A stretch of 64,000 bases of DNA. Source: the human T2T-CHM13v2.0 reference genome, Homo sapiens. Below, one piece after another: positions 1 to 29,407 of this stretch. The first letter of the stretch is position 1; every line of letters begins with the position of its first letter. The translations under genes were made by a program, and so were the position numbers. Location: assembly GCF_009914755.1 (NCBI RefSeq), contig NC_060925.1, one strand, 5' to 3'. The notes under the pieces were generated by a model. It was not told the DNA's origin. It made no database searches and saw nothing but the letters and a program-made list of their open reading frames with translations.

Positions 1-279
1 GGATAAACAATATATAGAGCAATATATAAACACTTATATGGAACAACCATAATAGCTAAATGCTTCCTCAGATTATATATTTATTATCATTGACCCATTT
101 GTTAGTATTAACCCAGTCAGAACTGAATGATCCTGTCAAATTATGGAATATATTGAAAATAAGAAATAAAAGAACTGACTGATCCCTCTTCCTTAGGATT
201 GTTAACTTAAAATGTCTACCTTGCTATTAGAAAAGATTAAAATATGGTACTACTTGAATGTACTAAGTAAATAAGTGCA

Positions 280-850
<571 letters not shown>

Positions 851-1099
851 ATCCATGCTGCCTCTTTATGTATAAAACCCAGTATAATTGTGAATAAGAA
901 CAACAATACACCAGAGTTTCTGCTATAAATATCACTGTAGTATCTATAACTTAGCCTAGTGTTTCCTTGACTTGAATTTCATGACCTATTTCATGGATTA
1001 ATATACAGTTGCCAACCTTTTTTTTTTAAACCATGTAAAGATATGTTTAAAAACAACTACTTTGTGTGTTACTACCATTGTTTCATGGAAAAAAGTGAG

Positions 1100-2450
<1,351 letters not shown>

Positions 2451-2465
2451 AATAAGAGCTTAATG

Positions 2466-3110
2466 CCAGGTGTGATGGTTCTCACACCTGTAATCCTTGC
2501 ACTTTTAGGAGGCTGAAGTGGGAGGATCAGTTGAGGCCAGGAGTTTGAGACCAGCCTGGGCAATATAGCGAGACCCTGTCTCTACAAAAAAAATTAAAAA
2601 TTAGCCAGGTGTGGTGGCATGTGCCTGTAGTCCTAGCTACCAGGAGGCCAAGGCAGGAGGATCTCTTGAGTCCAGGAATTCAAGACTGAAGTGAATTATA
2701 ATCATACCATGGCACTCCACACTCCAGCCTGGGTGACAGAGCAAGACGCTATCTCTTAAATAAACAAATACAGAACTTAAGTATTCCTTAAACAGCCCCA
2801 TCCTAACCACCACTTCCCCTTTTAAAACTCACACCTGTAATCCCAGCACTTTGGGAGGCCAAGGAGGGTGGATCACAGGGTCAGGAGATCGAGACCATCC
2901 TTCCTGACTAACACAGTGAAACCCCGTCTCTACTAAAAACACACATACACACACACACACAAAATTAGCCAGGTGTGGTGGCGGGCGCCTGTAGTTCCAG
3001 CTAGTCAGGAGGCTGAGGCAGGAGAATGGCATGAACCCGGGAAGCAGAGCTTGCAGTGAGCCGAGATCATGCCACTACAGCCTGGGTGACAGAGCAAGAC
3101 TCTGTCTCAA

Positions 3111-3165
<55 letters not shown>

Positions 3166-3185
3166 ATTAAAATAAAAAATAAAAT
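2466..3185 (+). mobile_element. AluJ (2466-2770) and 5'-truncated AluY (2828-3185)
   Basis: Alu consensus; second copy has (CA)n in its linker and an (AAT)n tail. Confidence 0.9.
3112..3163. repeat. (AAT)n microsatellite derived from Alu tail
   Basis: about 17 AAT units. Confidence 0.95.
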
Positions 3186-4415
3186 AAAACTCTTATTCAC
3201 AATACTACTATACACTGATTCCTTTTCTGAATTTTTTTCTCTTAAGGCTATTTTGATTCCTTTAATTCAAGGGGGGCAAATGTCTAGAAGTTCCTGGCAG
3301 GTAATATAGATGAGTGAAGTAGGTTGAGTGTGAGAAAAAATTCACTTAATAGGGACAGCAGTTACTCAGTCCTAGGCTGATGGCCATGAAGAAATATGAG
3401 CCCAACATTAACATATGCTGCCAAACTTTTCTCGCTTTTAAACCAGGACAGAAATGTGGATTTTTATATGAAGTCACACCATTTTTATATGTGTGACATT
3501 GTCAGATTTAAAAAATAATATTGCTGACAAAACACATTTGATGATCATATTGAACCATGGGCAACTTATTAGAGACATTAATTTTATTCCTTGAATGCCT
3601 TTAAGGTGTTTATTGATTTCACTTGATTAAAAATTGGTATGGGGTGGACTCACGGCCACATGTTAAAAGAGGTGCCCAAATAAGGGAAAGTAGGACTTTC
3701 AGATAAGTTGGGAAACTATTTTCTCCAGTACTTATCCAGTTATTTCAGTTCTTTTTATTAAATTTCAGTTTATCTTTTCCATCACAGGTTGGAAATTCCA
3801 TGGGCTGGAAACCTGGAGATTGTATTTTAGATATACTAGTTATTATTGTAAGAAAATATGTATGTGAGAGGGAGGGGTAAAAATGAAAGTTAAACCAACC
3901 TGGTATTTGCCATTTGTGTCCTAGAGGTCCTAGCTAAGGGACAGAAATGCCAGTTTATCTGAATATACATCACCATGAGACCGGAATAGTTGAAACACTA
4001 ATTTGAAGCACAGGAAAAGTGTCTATGAATGTCAGAGTTGAGTTACACTTGGGAAACTGTGGACTACTCTGCAACCAGCAACGACTTCAATAAGTTATAT
4101 ATAGATTATAGAAGAATCCCTTTAAGAACTGAGGGTTTGCTTGTATTGGGTCAGGATGGTGTAAGAGTAGGTATATCTTTAATGTGGGTAGTGCTTTCCA
4201 AAATCCTGTCCCTATCCCAGGTTTTCGTAAAAGGCAATTATTTGTGCTTATACATTTTCATCTTTAATTGAACTGAAAAATGAATTTATGCTAGTTGTTA
4301 TATAAGAGCTTAATGTGATTTTATTGACTCTTAAGGGTGTATAGAGAATTATATGCATGATCTTTTTTGGGAAAAGGTGTCATGACAGATTTTGAGGAAA
4401 TAATGAGCTTGGTAC

Positions 4416-5378
<963 letters not shown>

Positions 5379-5399
5379 CAGATTTTATTATTTCTTTCT

Positions 5400-6035
5400 A
5401 CAAAATGAGAAAAACTGAAGTCCAGAGCAGTTAAGATACCACCCAAAGGAAAATGACAATTTAGTAAAAGTCCTGGGACTAGAACCCAGATTTTTCTGAC
5501 TCTCAGTCCTCTATTATTTCTGTTCTGCCAAATAGCCCTCCTAATCTAACTTACAATTTTTTATTTTATAACAGCACCTTAGTAATCTTTAATTTTTCTT
5601 TCTTATTTCTTAGTCATTTACCAGGGACTGATTCTTCTGTTAAAGTTTCTTCCTCCTTTTCTCTCTGCCTTTCAATTTTCTGTTATTGTTGCTCTGTTTG
5701 ATATATTTATATTAATATTATAGCCTGCTAACTAGTTTCCCGGTTTGTGTTACCTTTTTCATTCACTTCAGACTACATACACACAGATGTCTAGAGATAC
5801 AATGGTTTAAGACCATAGTCTCTGGAACCAGTGTGCATAGATTTGAATTCTGGCTCTGTCACCTCATAACTCTATAACTTTAGGTAAATAAAATTAGTTT
5901 CTCGTCTGTATAATGAATCCAGTAATAGTACATACTTCATAAAGTGTGGAAACTAAAGAGTTAATAATATATATAAAGGGCTTAGAACAGTAACTGACAT
6001 TTAATAAACAATAAATATTAGCTGCTGCTATGATG
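5400..6035. mobile_element. MIR fragments (about 5400-5520 and 5800-6035)
   Basis: MIR core motifs (aatgagaaaaactgaagtccagag; ttgaattctggctctgtcac...aataaatattagctgct). Confidence 0.65.
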
Positions 6036-6154
6036 AGGAAGATGACTGTGCCTACTACTGCCATTATTATTATTAACAAATTAATATTAGCAAGGCATAC
6101 TCTGAAAACCTTTAAAATATATTTTTATATTGCTTTATGATTTAAGAAATTTCT

Positions 6155-6915
<761 letters not shown>

Positions 6916-7084
6916 GGGATGCCACTTAAAGCCTTCTACAGTCAAATCTCAGTCTTCCCATCCTTACCACCAGCTCTCCTGAATCCCAGTAATGAGACAT
7001 TGCTCTAGCCAAACGCTCATACTGTGTATCTTAATATAAGTGCTTATGAATTTTTCTTCATGGAGTAGCTCTTCCTCCTTGGGA

Positions 7085-7655
7085 AGCAGCAGAGCTTAGA
7101 GGTTAAAAATGCAAGGTTTGGAGTCAAACTTGCAAGGTTGCCTGGGTTTAAATCCTGGATCTCTTACTTGGTAGAGTAGTTTATTTAACTTTCTCGTGCT
7201 TCAGTTTTCCCATCTGTAAAATGTGAATAATAGTACAGTTTGTCTCTTAGGGATGCTGTGAGGATTAAATAGGCTAATATATGTAAAGCATTATAAAGGA
7301 ACATGAACATGCTCTAAAAATCGGTGAGCTAAGTATCCATCTCAAGAAGTTTTAAAAGAAGAGCAAAATAAGCCCAAGAAAGGAAGGATATAATAAAATA
7401 AGAGCAGAAACTAATTAAATATAAAACAAATACACAGTGAGGTACTTTCAATGTCAAATTCATTGTAAGAGAGAATAGAATAGTGTTTGCCAGGGACTGG
7501 GGTAGGGGGCAGGGAATGGGGAGTTATTGTTCAATGGGTATAGAGTTTCAGTTTTGCAGGATGGGAAGAGTTCTGGAGATATGGATGGTGGTGATGGTTG
7601 CACAATACGAATGTACTTAATGCCATTTAATTGTACACTTGAAAATGGTTAAGAT
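7085..7655. mobile_element. MIR (about 7085-7290) followed by L1M/L1MB 3' fragments
   Basis: ctcgtgcttcagttttcccatctgtaaaatg; L1MB 3' end gggagttattgttcaatgggtatagagtttcag...aaaatggttaagat. Confidence 0.7.
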
Positions 7656-9274
<1,619 letters not shown>

Positions 9275-9700
9275 TCACTGTTTTTCAGCTTCAAGGGTTT
9301 TTGACTAAGTATTGACTGCCTCTCTCTTGAGGTGATCCTTCCTCCCTCCCTTTCCCTGTCTCGAGCTATTCTCATGCGTCAGCCTCCCAAGTAGCTGGCA
9401 CTAGGGGTGTGTGCTACCTGGCCTGAGTCAACCCATTACTTAGTCTTTTATTCAGACAATTAGCAAATGTTACTAAGGACCTGTAAGACAGCACATTATT
9501 CTGATGACTTCCCAGTAATGAGGTATTGATAAAGGAAAGAGACCCCTCTGAGTGAGGTACAAGATTGTGGTGTTTAGTTTTATGTAACTGTGACATCTGG
9601 ACACCTCCTCTTGTACTTTATCAACTTTCCCCTTTAAAATAATTTGCTAGTACCTTCCTGTTATAAGAGTAAGGGGGGGTGTCATTAGCAAAGAAAGCAT

Positions 9701-9763
9701 CTGTTGAACATCCTAGCAATTCTATAAGGTCGCTGTTGAACATCCTAGCAGTTCTACAAGGTC
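9701..9763. repeat. 32-bp tandem duplication
   Basis: ctgttgaacatcctagcaattctataaggtc / ctgttgaacatcctagcagttctacaaggtc. Confidence 0.9.
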
Positions 9764-9781
9764 AGCCAATTTTTTTTTTAA

Positions 9782-10400
<619 letters not shown>

Positions 10401-11172
10401 ACTACGAGGCCTTTCTCAAAAAAAGAAAATGATAATATCCTGTTGTCATTCATTCAGCTACTATTTAGTAACAGCAAAGAAACAACAACAAATAAGTTAT
10501 AATCACTGTTTTGAAGAAGTTCTGTAGTCTAGTTGAAGAAACAGTTGTTTGTATATAATTATGATTTGACTTCTGGCAGAATAGTCAACCATCTATTCCA
10601 AGGAGTCATTTTGTTATAAAATAACTACATCCTTGACAAAACTTAAGCAGAACCAAAAACAGTGGATGTATTAGAATGGCAAAGCTAACATTAACCAGCA
10701 TGCCGATAACATTAATACTATGTGATCTTGGCATTTAAACTAGGCTCTGGAGAAGGGCAAATGTGCTCTTGTGTAATTAGCTCCCCCTGGCTTCTGAGAT
10801 ATAGTTGTTCTATATGAACACATTTTCTGTTTAGGCCACAAGGAATCCCATAGGTTAAAAACAAACGTGCTCACAGTGAAAGATCTCTGAACACACAGAA
10901 AAACAGACCACCACAATTGAGAATCCATCGATTTAGTTCCTTCCCAAATGAGTTTCAGAGATTGGAATTATCAGACAGAATGTGTAGAGTAATGTATATG
11001 AAATGTTAGAGGAAGATTAAATGGAATAACAAAATGAACAACAGGTAAGATATTTGGACAGATGGAAAAAAATAATCTATAGGAACTCTTGAAAGAGAAT
11101 ACGCAAGAATGTAGTTCTGAAGACATCAGAATGCAACAGGAGAAATAAGGAGTGGGGAAAATGAAAAATGAA

Positions 11173-11721
11173 GGCCAGCCGTGGTGGCTCACACCTATAA
11201 TCCCATCATGTGAGGCCAAAGTGGGAGAATCACTTGAGCCCAGGAGTTCAAGACCAGCCTGGGCAACAGTGGGACCTCATTTCTATAAAAAAAATACAAA
11301 TTAGGCAGGTGTGGTGGTGTGTACTTACAGTCCCAGCTACTCAGGAGGCTGAGGCGGGAGGATCATTTGAGCCTGGGAGATTCTGTACAAAAGGAGAGAA
11401 CTTTTGAGTTCTTTAGAAGATAACACTGTCTGGCTGGGCGTGGTGGCTCACGCCTGTCATCCCAGCACTTTGGGAGGCTGGGGCAGGCGGATCACCTGAG
11501 GTTGGGAGTTCGAGACCAGCCTGACCAACATGGAGAAACCCCGTCACTACTAAAAATACAAAATTAGCCGGACCTGGTGGCGCATGCCTGTAATCCAGCT
11601 ACTCGGGAGACTGAGGCGGGAAAATCGCTTGAACCGAGAGGTGGAGGTTGCGGTGAGCTGAGATCGCGCCGTTGCACTCCAGCTTGCCCAACAAGAGCGA
11701 AACTCCATCTCAAAAAAAAAA
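11173..11721 (+). mobile_element. Partial AluJ and AluS
   Basis: Alu consensus. Confidence 0.85.
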
Positions 11722-11879
11722 AGATAACACGGGCTGAGAACACCCTAAAAGTGATGAAAAATATGAATCTAAGATAAAGGAAGCAATAACATATACTAAA
11801 TAGCATAAATAAAAATTTTATACCTAGTTATTGTAATGAAATTATAAAACAAGCAGTTTTAAAAGCATCCAGAGTTTAC

Positions 11880-13430
<1,551 letters not shown>

Positions 13431-13487
13431 AAGCCAAAAAAAAAAAGATCAGTATAAAAGGACTACAATTAAAGAGTAATAATTGGA

Positions 13488-15690
<2,203 letters not shown>

Positions 15691-15776
15691 AGGAATAGTT
15701 ATAAAGAGTTGATTGGAACATGGGGAAATGTTTGTTAAGTGAAAATAACAGAATAGAATTTTTTTTGTGTGAAGAG

Positions 15777-18758
<2,982 letters not shown>

Positions 18759-18851
18759 TAACCAGAAAGAACAGACTCTGTTGTCACTTCTTATATTTTT
18801 TATGCTGAGATTCTTTCTGTCATTATTTAAAAAAAAAAAAAAAAAAAAGTT

Positions 18852-20030
<1,179 letters not shown>

Positions 20031-20149
20031 AAATCCACTCACTTTCACCAAATGGAGATTTACAAGATAACAATTTCAGCATTACTATCTTACAGTCTTT
20101 TTCTTCTATAAATGTTAGTATTGTATTTGAAACCAGTCACACACATAGT

Positions 20150-20228
20150 CAGGCATACCTTGGAGATATTGAGATTTCAGTTCCAAACCACCACAATAAA
20201 GCAAATATTGCAATAAAGCATGTCACAC
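20150..20228 (-). mobile_element. Tigger1 3' terminal ~80 bp in inverted orientation
   Basis: caggcataccttggagatattg...ccacaataaagcaaatattgcaataaagcatgtcacac is the reverse complement of the recalled Tigger1 3' end. Confidence 0.85.
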
Positions 20229-20333
20229 GCAGGTGGATCGCTTGAGCCCAGGAGGCTGAGGCTGCAGTGAGCCAAGATCACGCCACCATAGTTCAGCCTC
20301 GACAACTGAGTGAGACCCTGTCTCAAAAAAAAA
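20229..20333 (+). mobile_element. Partial AluJ right arm (right inversion breakpoint)
   Basis: ggatcgcttgagcccaggaggctgaggctgcagtgagcc...gtctcaaaaaaaa. Confidence 0.8.
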
Positions 20334-20817
20334 GAAAATTGTAAGGTTTAATACAATTTTCTCTGTTTCTTACATAAGCCATTCTTAGGCAAGAAAAAAA
20401 TTCTTTGTGAACACATGATGTTATGGATTCATAGGCTCTCATCCTTGAAAGAGGCCTTAAGTTTGACATAGCTTTTTTTTTTTTTTTGTCTTCAATCTCC
20501 ATATGGTTTGGTGGATTCACTTAAGGAGAGGTTACATTCCTGTTTTGTCTTTTGATAGATCTATGAAATTATTAGAATGGTTTCTGTTCTTTGGCAGATC
20601 TGCTAGAATAAAATTTCTTTTCTCTACGGCTTCATACTTTTGTCCTTGTTTTGCTTCCTGAGATCACACCAGTTTGATTCCTCTCCCTGACAATGGTTAC
20701 GCCCTTCCTGCATTGTTTTTTTATTTCTTCTGCATTTCACGTAAGACATAATTAAAATCTTTACTTAAATTATTAACTTTATTGGTAATTATTTCTCATT
20801 CACTTCTACTTTAACAC

Positions 20818-21214
20818 TTTTTTTTTTTTGAGACAAGGTCTTGCTTTGTGGCCCAGGCTGGGTTGCAGTGTTGTGATCACCAGTCAGTACAGTATAGATC
20901 CTCTTGCCTCAGACTCCCATGTAGCGGGTACTACAAATGTGTGCCACCACATGTGGCTAATTTTTTCATTATTAGTAGAGATAAGGTCTCTCTCTGTTTC
21001 TCAGGCTGGTCTTAAACTTCCAAGCTCAAGTGATTTTCCCACCTCGGCCTCCCAGAATTGGCCAGACTGGTCTCAAACTCCTGACCTCAGGCAATCCATC
21101 CACTACGGCCTCCCAAAATTGGCCAGACTGGTCTCGAACTCCTGACCTCAGGCAATCCATCCACCTCGGCCTCCCAAAGCGCTGGGATTACAGGCGTGAG
21201 CCACTGTGCCCAGC
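20818..21214 (-). mobile_element. Rearranged Alu with internal 61-bp tandem duplication
   Basis: units at 21058-21118 and 21119-21178. Confidence 0.85.
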
Positions 21215-21639
21215 CAACATTGTTTAAAGTTAGGTAGCCAACTTGAACCTGAAGCTCATCTGTGAACCAAACAGAATAAACCAATACCCTTTACTTCCCT
21301 CATTGTTACTATGTATTCTCATAGTATTATGTAATAGTTTTTTAGAAAACATGTTACAGTATGTGATTGGTTCATGATTTTTTCTAAACCTTTAAAAAAT
21401 GAAAAAATACAGCATTGCTAAACCTTGTCTTCTCATTCAGTACTAGTGTAATTGTGTTTTAGAATGCCAGTTGTGTCTGCACATTCCCAGCCCTCTCAAG
21501 TTCATATCCATCAAAGCTGTCAGTATGTCATCTGTAGCTTCATCTATGTCATTTACAAAAGTGTTGAATTGGTAATTATTTTAAGTTTAAGTTAAAATAA
21601 TCTTAAAGTTTAAGATTTCTTTAGTCCTGGATATTATAG

Positions 21640-21891
<252 letters not shown>

Positions 21892-22728
21892 TAAAAGAAA
21901 ATTTTTGAGTCAGTCTTTACAATTACATAATTTTATAGATCTGGTCATGTTGTATAATAGTGAAAAATTAAGTTTTGAATCTAGCCCTATTTGTTTAAAG
22001 TTAAATATTTATGAAAAATCTAGATCTGTTTGAATTAAAATGTAAGTAGAATTGGTTTTAGGGATGGGGTCGGATTTTGTTTTTTAGTGACTACAAAAGT
22101 CAAGCATGTTAAGTGGTAATAGCCATCTGGTTATTTTCCTGCATTTGCGTTGAGTGTTTCAAATGGTTCATTGTTTGTGTTAATAAATACTGCCCTGTGC
22201 CCTTACTGTTGGAGAATTTTTGCACAGGGTGTCAGTTCTTACTAAGCTGTTTGGTAGTAAGCATATATCAGCAGTCTTTAGACTGTCTTTTGATTTAGAT
22301 TTACAGTAAGTTGTGTACTGTTTTGTTAAAAGGAATTATGTATTATATGCATGTAATTAAGTTATTGAACAGAAGTTTGTGATAATCTGCTACCATGACC
22401 GTCATTTTACTAGAAATTTGCTTTAAAAATGGCATCTTCTAAGAAGCTGTTAAATTCTTCATTTTAATTTGTTAATTGGTATTTTTAAGCCTCCTCCCCT
22501 ATTCTTTTCAGAATTGGTAATTTCGCTGATGATAAAAATCGTGTTTATTTGACAGCTTCTTAGATCGGGTAGGAATTTCTATTTTTTCATAAAAATGAAA
22601 GAAAAGGAAAGAAAGAAACAACACACAGTCTCGGATTGCCTTTTTTCATGCTGCAACTTTGGCACTGAAGTGGACAGACAGAACAGCTTCCCATAATGCC
22701 AGATTGCAAAAACTGAAATGTTTTCCAG

Positions 22729-22806
22729 GTACCACTTTCAAAACTCAGAAGCAGCTGAAAGAAAATCTGAACAAACAACCGAATAAGCAGTGGAAGAAAT
22801 CACAAA
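22729..22806 (+). CDS. RPRD2: RPRD2 coding exon 4 (78 nt, symmetric phase 1-1, cassette-like)
   Basis: ttttccag|GTACC...CACAAA|gtaagg; encodes (S)TTFKTQKQLKENLNKQPNKQWKKSQ in frame with both neighbours. Confidence 0.88.
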
Positions 22807-24081
22807 GTAAGGAACAAAATCTCAACTAATATAAAATTACCTCCTCTTTTTGGAGCAGAAGAAAATGTAGACCATTTGACATCGTACCTGGCATAAACCA
22901 TGGGCAAGCCTGTTTTCCAGGTCTGGGAGGCTCCCAGTGACCTATGCTAAACAAGCCATCATGGAGATACTTCTAAAAAAAAAAAAAAAAAAAGCAAACA
23001 AAAACTACACTTTAAAACAAAGGAAATGCAGAAAAGGGTTTAATTGAGTGAAGATTCAAGAGTAGTTGGGGGATTGCAAGAAGAAAAAAATACTTGATAG
23101 TGTCCAGGATAATTTTCAGGTTCAAGGATATATGATGTTAGAGGCAGCTGGCATTAAACAACAGATCTGAAGAGGAGACTAGGCATTAAGAAGCATTTCT
23201 GTGGGAACCATGAAATCTCCAGATTTGGGGGATATACTCTACCAAATTAGACATGGACCTCAGATCCTGGCCAGAAGCTCATTCTGTAATGGGAGCTCCT
23301 GTTATATTTATCGTATTTACCCAGCATGAGATCAAGGGAATGGAATACTGCATGTGATAGGCTGCTGTGGGCAAACTGAGGAATATTGAGAGAGACTTGA
23401 AGGTGTGGAGGGAACAAAGTAAAAGACAGTGAGAATTGGGAGGTGAAACGAGATACTTGGGATGGTTTTGCTCCAGCGAGCATATGATATCCATCATGAT
23501 TAAGGGAGTCCTCAGACATCTTCTTGGTCATAAGTTGCATGCTTAGGAACAACAGGAGTCGTCATTTCAGCCAAAGTTCCACCACAGTATTAATATACCT
23601 AGAAGTTTCCTTGCCTATTTTTGCTATGAATTGAGTCAGCAGAAAAAGAAATTCAAAGGATAAATTTATAGGAATAGAGTTATTTGTCACCAATTTTCTT
23701 CAGCCAGTGCTCAGGATTAATTGGATGTCCTGTTCCTGAACACTCTTAATTTGAGGTATTTAGATCCTGTTACACCCAGACTAGGAAAAAAAGGTACTTG
23801 ATGTATCTCGGTGTCTCCAAATCAATAATTCTAGGACTTTATGACCTGAAGGGTCTGTTGGAGGTAAGTAGGTTAGGTCTGTCTAAATAGCGTATTTTTA
23901 CATTGACCACATTTAGGAATGTTTAAATTTCCTAGTCCATTATTTATTTTAGGAATTATGACTTAAATGTGCATGTTTGCCATATGTTCAGAGTATATCT
24001 TTAACGATAGAGCTAAAATTTTTCCTGTTAGTCAACTTTTTGTGTCTGTATTCTTAATGACCTTTTGTTTAATTCCAACAG

Positions 24082-24134
24082 CATCTACAAATCCAAAAGC
24101 TGCTCTCAAGTCTAAGATAGTTGCTGAATTTCGA
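24082..24134 (+). CDS. RPRD2: RPRD2 coding exon 5
   Basis: ttccaacag|CATCT...TTTCGA|gtaagt; 53 nt; (T)STNPKAALKSKIVAEFR. Confidence 0.94.
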
Positions 24135-24574
24135 GTAAGTTACAGAATTTGTTTAATATAGCAAAGTATTATTCACCCCTTTTGTATTATAGTTTCCTGT
24201 ATAGTCCAATAAGATTTATCTGTATTCAATTACACATGTCATGTTTTAAACATGCATGAACTGTTCTAAAGGAACCCAGATTGGGATTAGATTGCTTGGC
24301 GTTTTATCTGTTCCCCTAATGGTAGAAATAACCTTCTTCCAGTATATCTGTTATCAGCTGAGTTCCATATTCAATTTATGCCAGCAAGAGAGTTTATTTT
24401 CCTGTGAAACTCTTTCTAAATTAGAATTTGCTTAGAATAACAGAAGGCTATGTTTATGTAATTAAAATTTAGAGAGGCTATATAAATGGACCTTTGTCTG
24501 TTTTAGTCTTAATTCTGTATCCATAAATTAGCTTTGTGTAATGAAGGAAAAGGATCTTTTAAAGTCTGTAACTA

Positions 24575-24938
<364 letters not shown>

Positions 24939-25100
24939 TCACCATGAGAAAAAGTGAAAAGTTTTTTTCCTCCCAGGGTTTTGTTAAGCTTTAGGGTGTT
25001 TGTTTTGTTTTGTTTTGTTTTGTTTTACAAAATGAGGAGAGAGAGAATGAGAATAATTGAATGATCTTGTAAATGAAATATGACTCTGGTCTGTGTTTAG

Positions 25101-25227
25101 TCTCAGGCCCTAATTGAAGAGCTGTTGCTATACAAGCGCTCAGAAGATCAGATAGAACTGAAGGAAAAGCAGTTGTCAACTATGAGGGTGGATGTGTGCA
25201 GCACAGAAACTCTCAAATGCTTAAAAG
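25101..25227 (+). CDS. RPRD2: RPRD2 coding exon 6 (coiled-coil region)
   Basis: gtgtttag|TCTCAG...TTAAAAG|gtaatg; 127 nt; SQALIEELLLYKRSEDQIELKEKQLSTMRVDVCSTETLKCLK. Confidence 0.94.
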
Positions 25228-25579
25228 GTAATGCTTACATCCTTTTAGAGTAAGTCAGATTTTCTTTCCATATGTGTCATTTTTCCGGTAATCATACTGG
25301 TTTACCTCATAAGGAGATCCTTGGGTAGAAAGCAGTTGTGGCACCTCTGGTTTCCCAGGTAGTTATTTCATGCATATAAATTTCATAAGTAAATTCTGTT
25401 GTTCTCATTTCTAGTACTTTCTTGGTGTACTAGGTTATATATAGACAGTTGTATTTCACATGTATGGTTAATTGGTATGGGTATGCTCTTTAATGAAGTC
25501 ACTCTAATGCCTCATAAAATCTAGTTAGACCATCTAGTTTCCTTGCATTGTAAATTGTAAATCATACTAATAATTTATT

Positions 25580-26225
25580 ATAATGTAAGCCTCATGAAGG
25601 CAGAAATTATATTGATTTGTTCATTGCTATACCCTGGCACCTAGAACAATGCTTGGCACATAATAGATATTTGATGAATATTTTTGAAATAATAAGTAAA
25701 TGACTACTAGCTATTAATTTTGGCACCAATTTTATTCCTGTGCCGTACTTTAAATTTAACAGACCAGACACAGTGCCTGTAATCTCAGCACTTTGGGAAG
25801 CCAGGGCAGGAGGACTGCTTGAGACCAAGAGTTTGAGACTAGCCTGGGCAACATAGTGAGACCCTGTCTCTACAAAAAAATTAAAACATTAATGAGCTTG
25901 GTGGCACACACCTGTAGTCCTAGCTGCTTGGGAGGCTGAGGCAAGCAGATTGTTTGACCCCAGGAGGCTGTAGTGAACTCTCATCATGTCACTGCACTCC
26001 AGCCTGGGTGACAGAAGAGACCGTCTCTAAAGAAAAATTTTTTAAAAACAAACAATTTAACATATATTACCTAATTCAATCCTCATAACAGAAAACATAC
26101 TAAAAATCTCTATTTTATCACATGAGAGATCTGAGGTCTTGTAAGGAGATTAGTAGCTTACCCAAGTTACACAACTGATAAGAGGCAAAGCCAAACTTTA
26201 TACTCATATCCAAAGCCATATTCTG
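25580..26225. mobile_element. L2 3' end (about 25580-25700), AluJ (25770-26040) and MIR remnant
   Basis: cacctagaacaatgcttggcacataatagatatttgatgaata (L2); Alu; MIR core. Confidence 0.7.
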
Positions 26226-26636
26226 CCAGTCACTGGGAAAGAAGTAGATATACTGAATTATCACGAATCTTTTTCAGATAGGAAAGAAGAACTTTTATTG
26301 TGATGCATACAGAGGTCACTTTATTTTTACTTTTCTGAACGTTACTTTTCTCGTTTAAGAGATAACATCTTACTACCTTCTGTAATGCAAAAGTTATGGT
26401 ATAAGCGAATACAGTTGAGCTTCATTCTGTTATTCCTAAGTAAGTAGCAGTGTGGAATCCAATTTGTGAAGAAAATAATTAATCAACAAACTCTTTTAGT
26501 TGAACTTTCTTTTCTTTACCTTAATTACAAGTGCCTTCACTCTGGCAGGTTCACATGAGTCTGTTCTGTAAAGAATTTTAATAATCTGTTGTGTGATTTT
26601 GTGATTTGGAGAAACTTGTTTAAGATAAAATTGTGA

Positions 26637-26943
<307 letters not shown>

Positions 26944-27078
26944 CTAAGAGTATTAGAGTACTGCACAGTAAGGCAGCAAGAGTATGTTCACAAAGAGAGG
27001 TTTTCTTCAAAAGTCAAAAGACTAAATTTTTTTATTTTTTATTTTATCCTGAAATGAATATTTCCCATGTCATTTTAG

Positions 27079-27254
27079 ATAAAACAGGTGGGAAGAAGTT
27101 CTCCAAAGAATTTGAAGAGGCAAGCTCCAAGCTGGAAGAATTTGTGAATGGATTAGATAAGCAGGTGAAAAACGGACCCTCATTAACAGAAGCACTGGAA
27201 AATGCTGGAATTTTCTATGAAGCACAATACAAAGAAGTAAAAGTGGTGGCTAAT
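27079..27254 (+). CDS. RPRD2: RPRD2 coding exon 7 (CREPT/RPRD-type coiled coil)
   Basis: cattttag|ATAAAA...GCTAAT|gtaagt; 176 nt; DKTGGKKFSKEFEEASSKLEEF...YKEVKVVAN. Confidence 0.96.
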
Positions 27255-27383
27255 GTAAGTAATAATTAAAGCTGTCTTATACTGAATGCTTGTTACTATA
27301 TTTCAGAGATTGTTAACATGCATTATCTAACTCTGTTAGGATATGCATTTTTATCTCCTTATCGCAGATGAAATTACTTTTGG

Positions 27384-29407
<2,024 letters not shown>

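Noticed and set aside
3750-3910. Strong-looking acceptor ttatcttttccatcacag in unique intron DNA
   Set aside because: No convincing donor or RPRD2-like reading frame; cannot be supported without RNA data.
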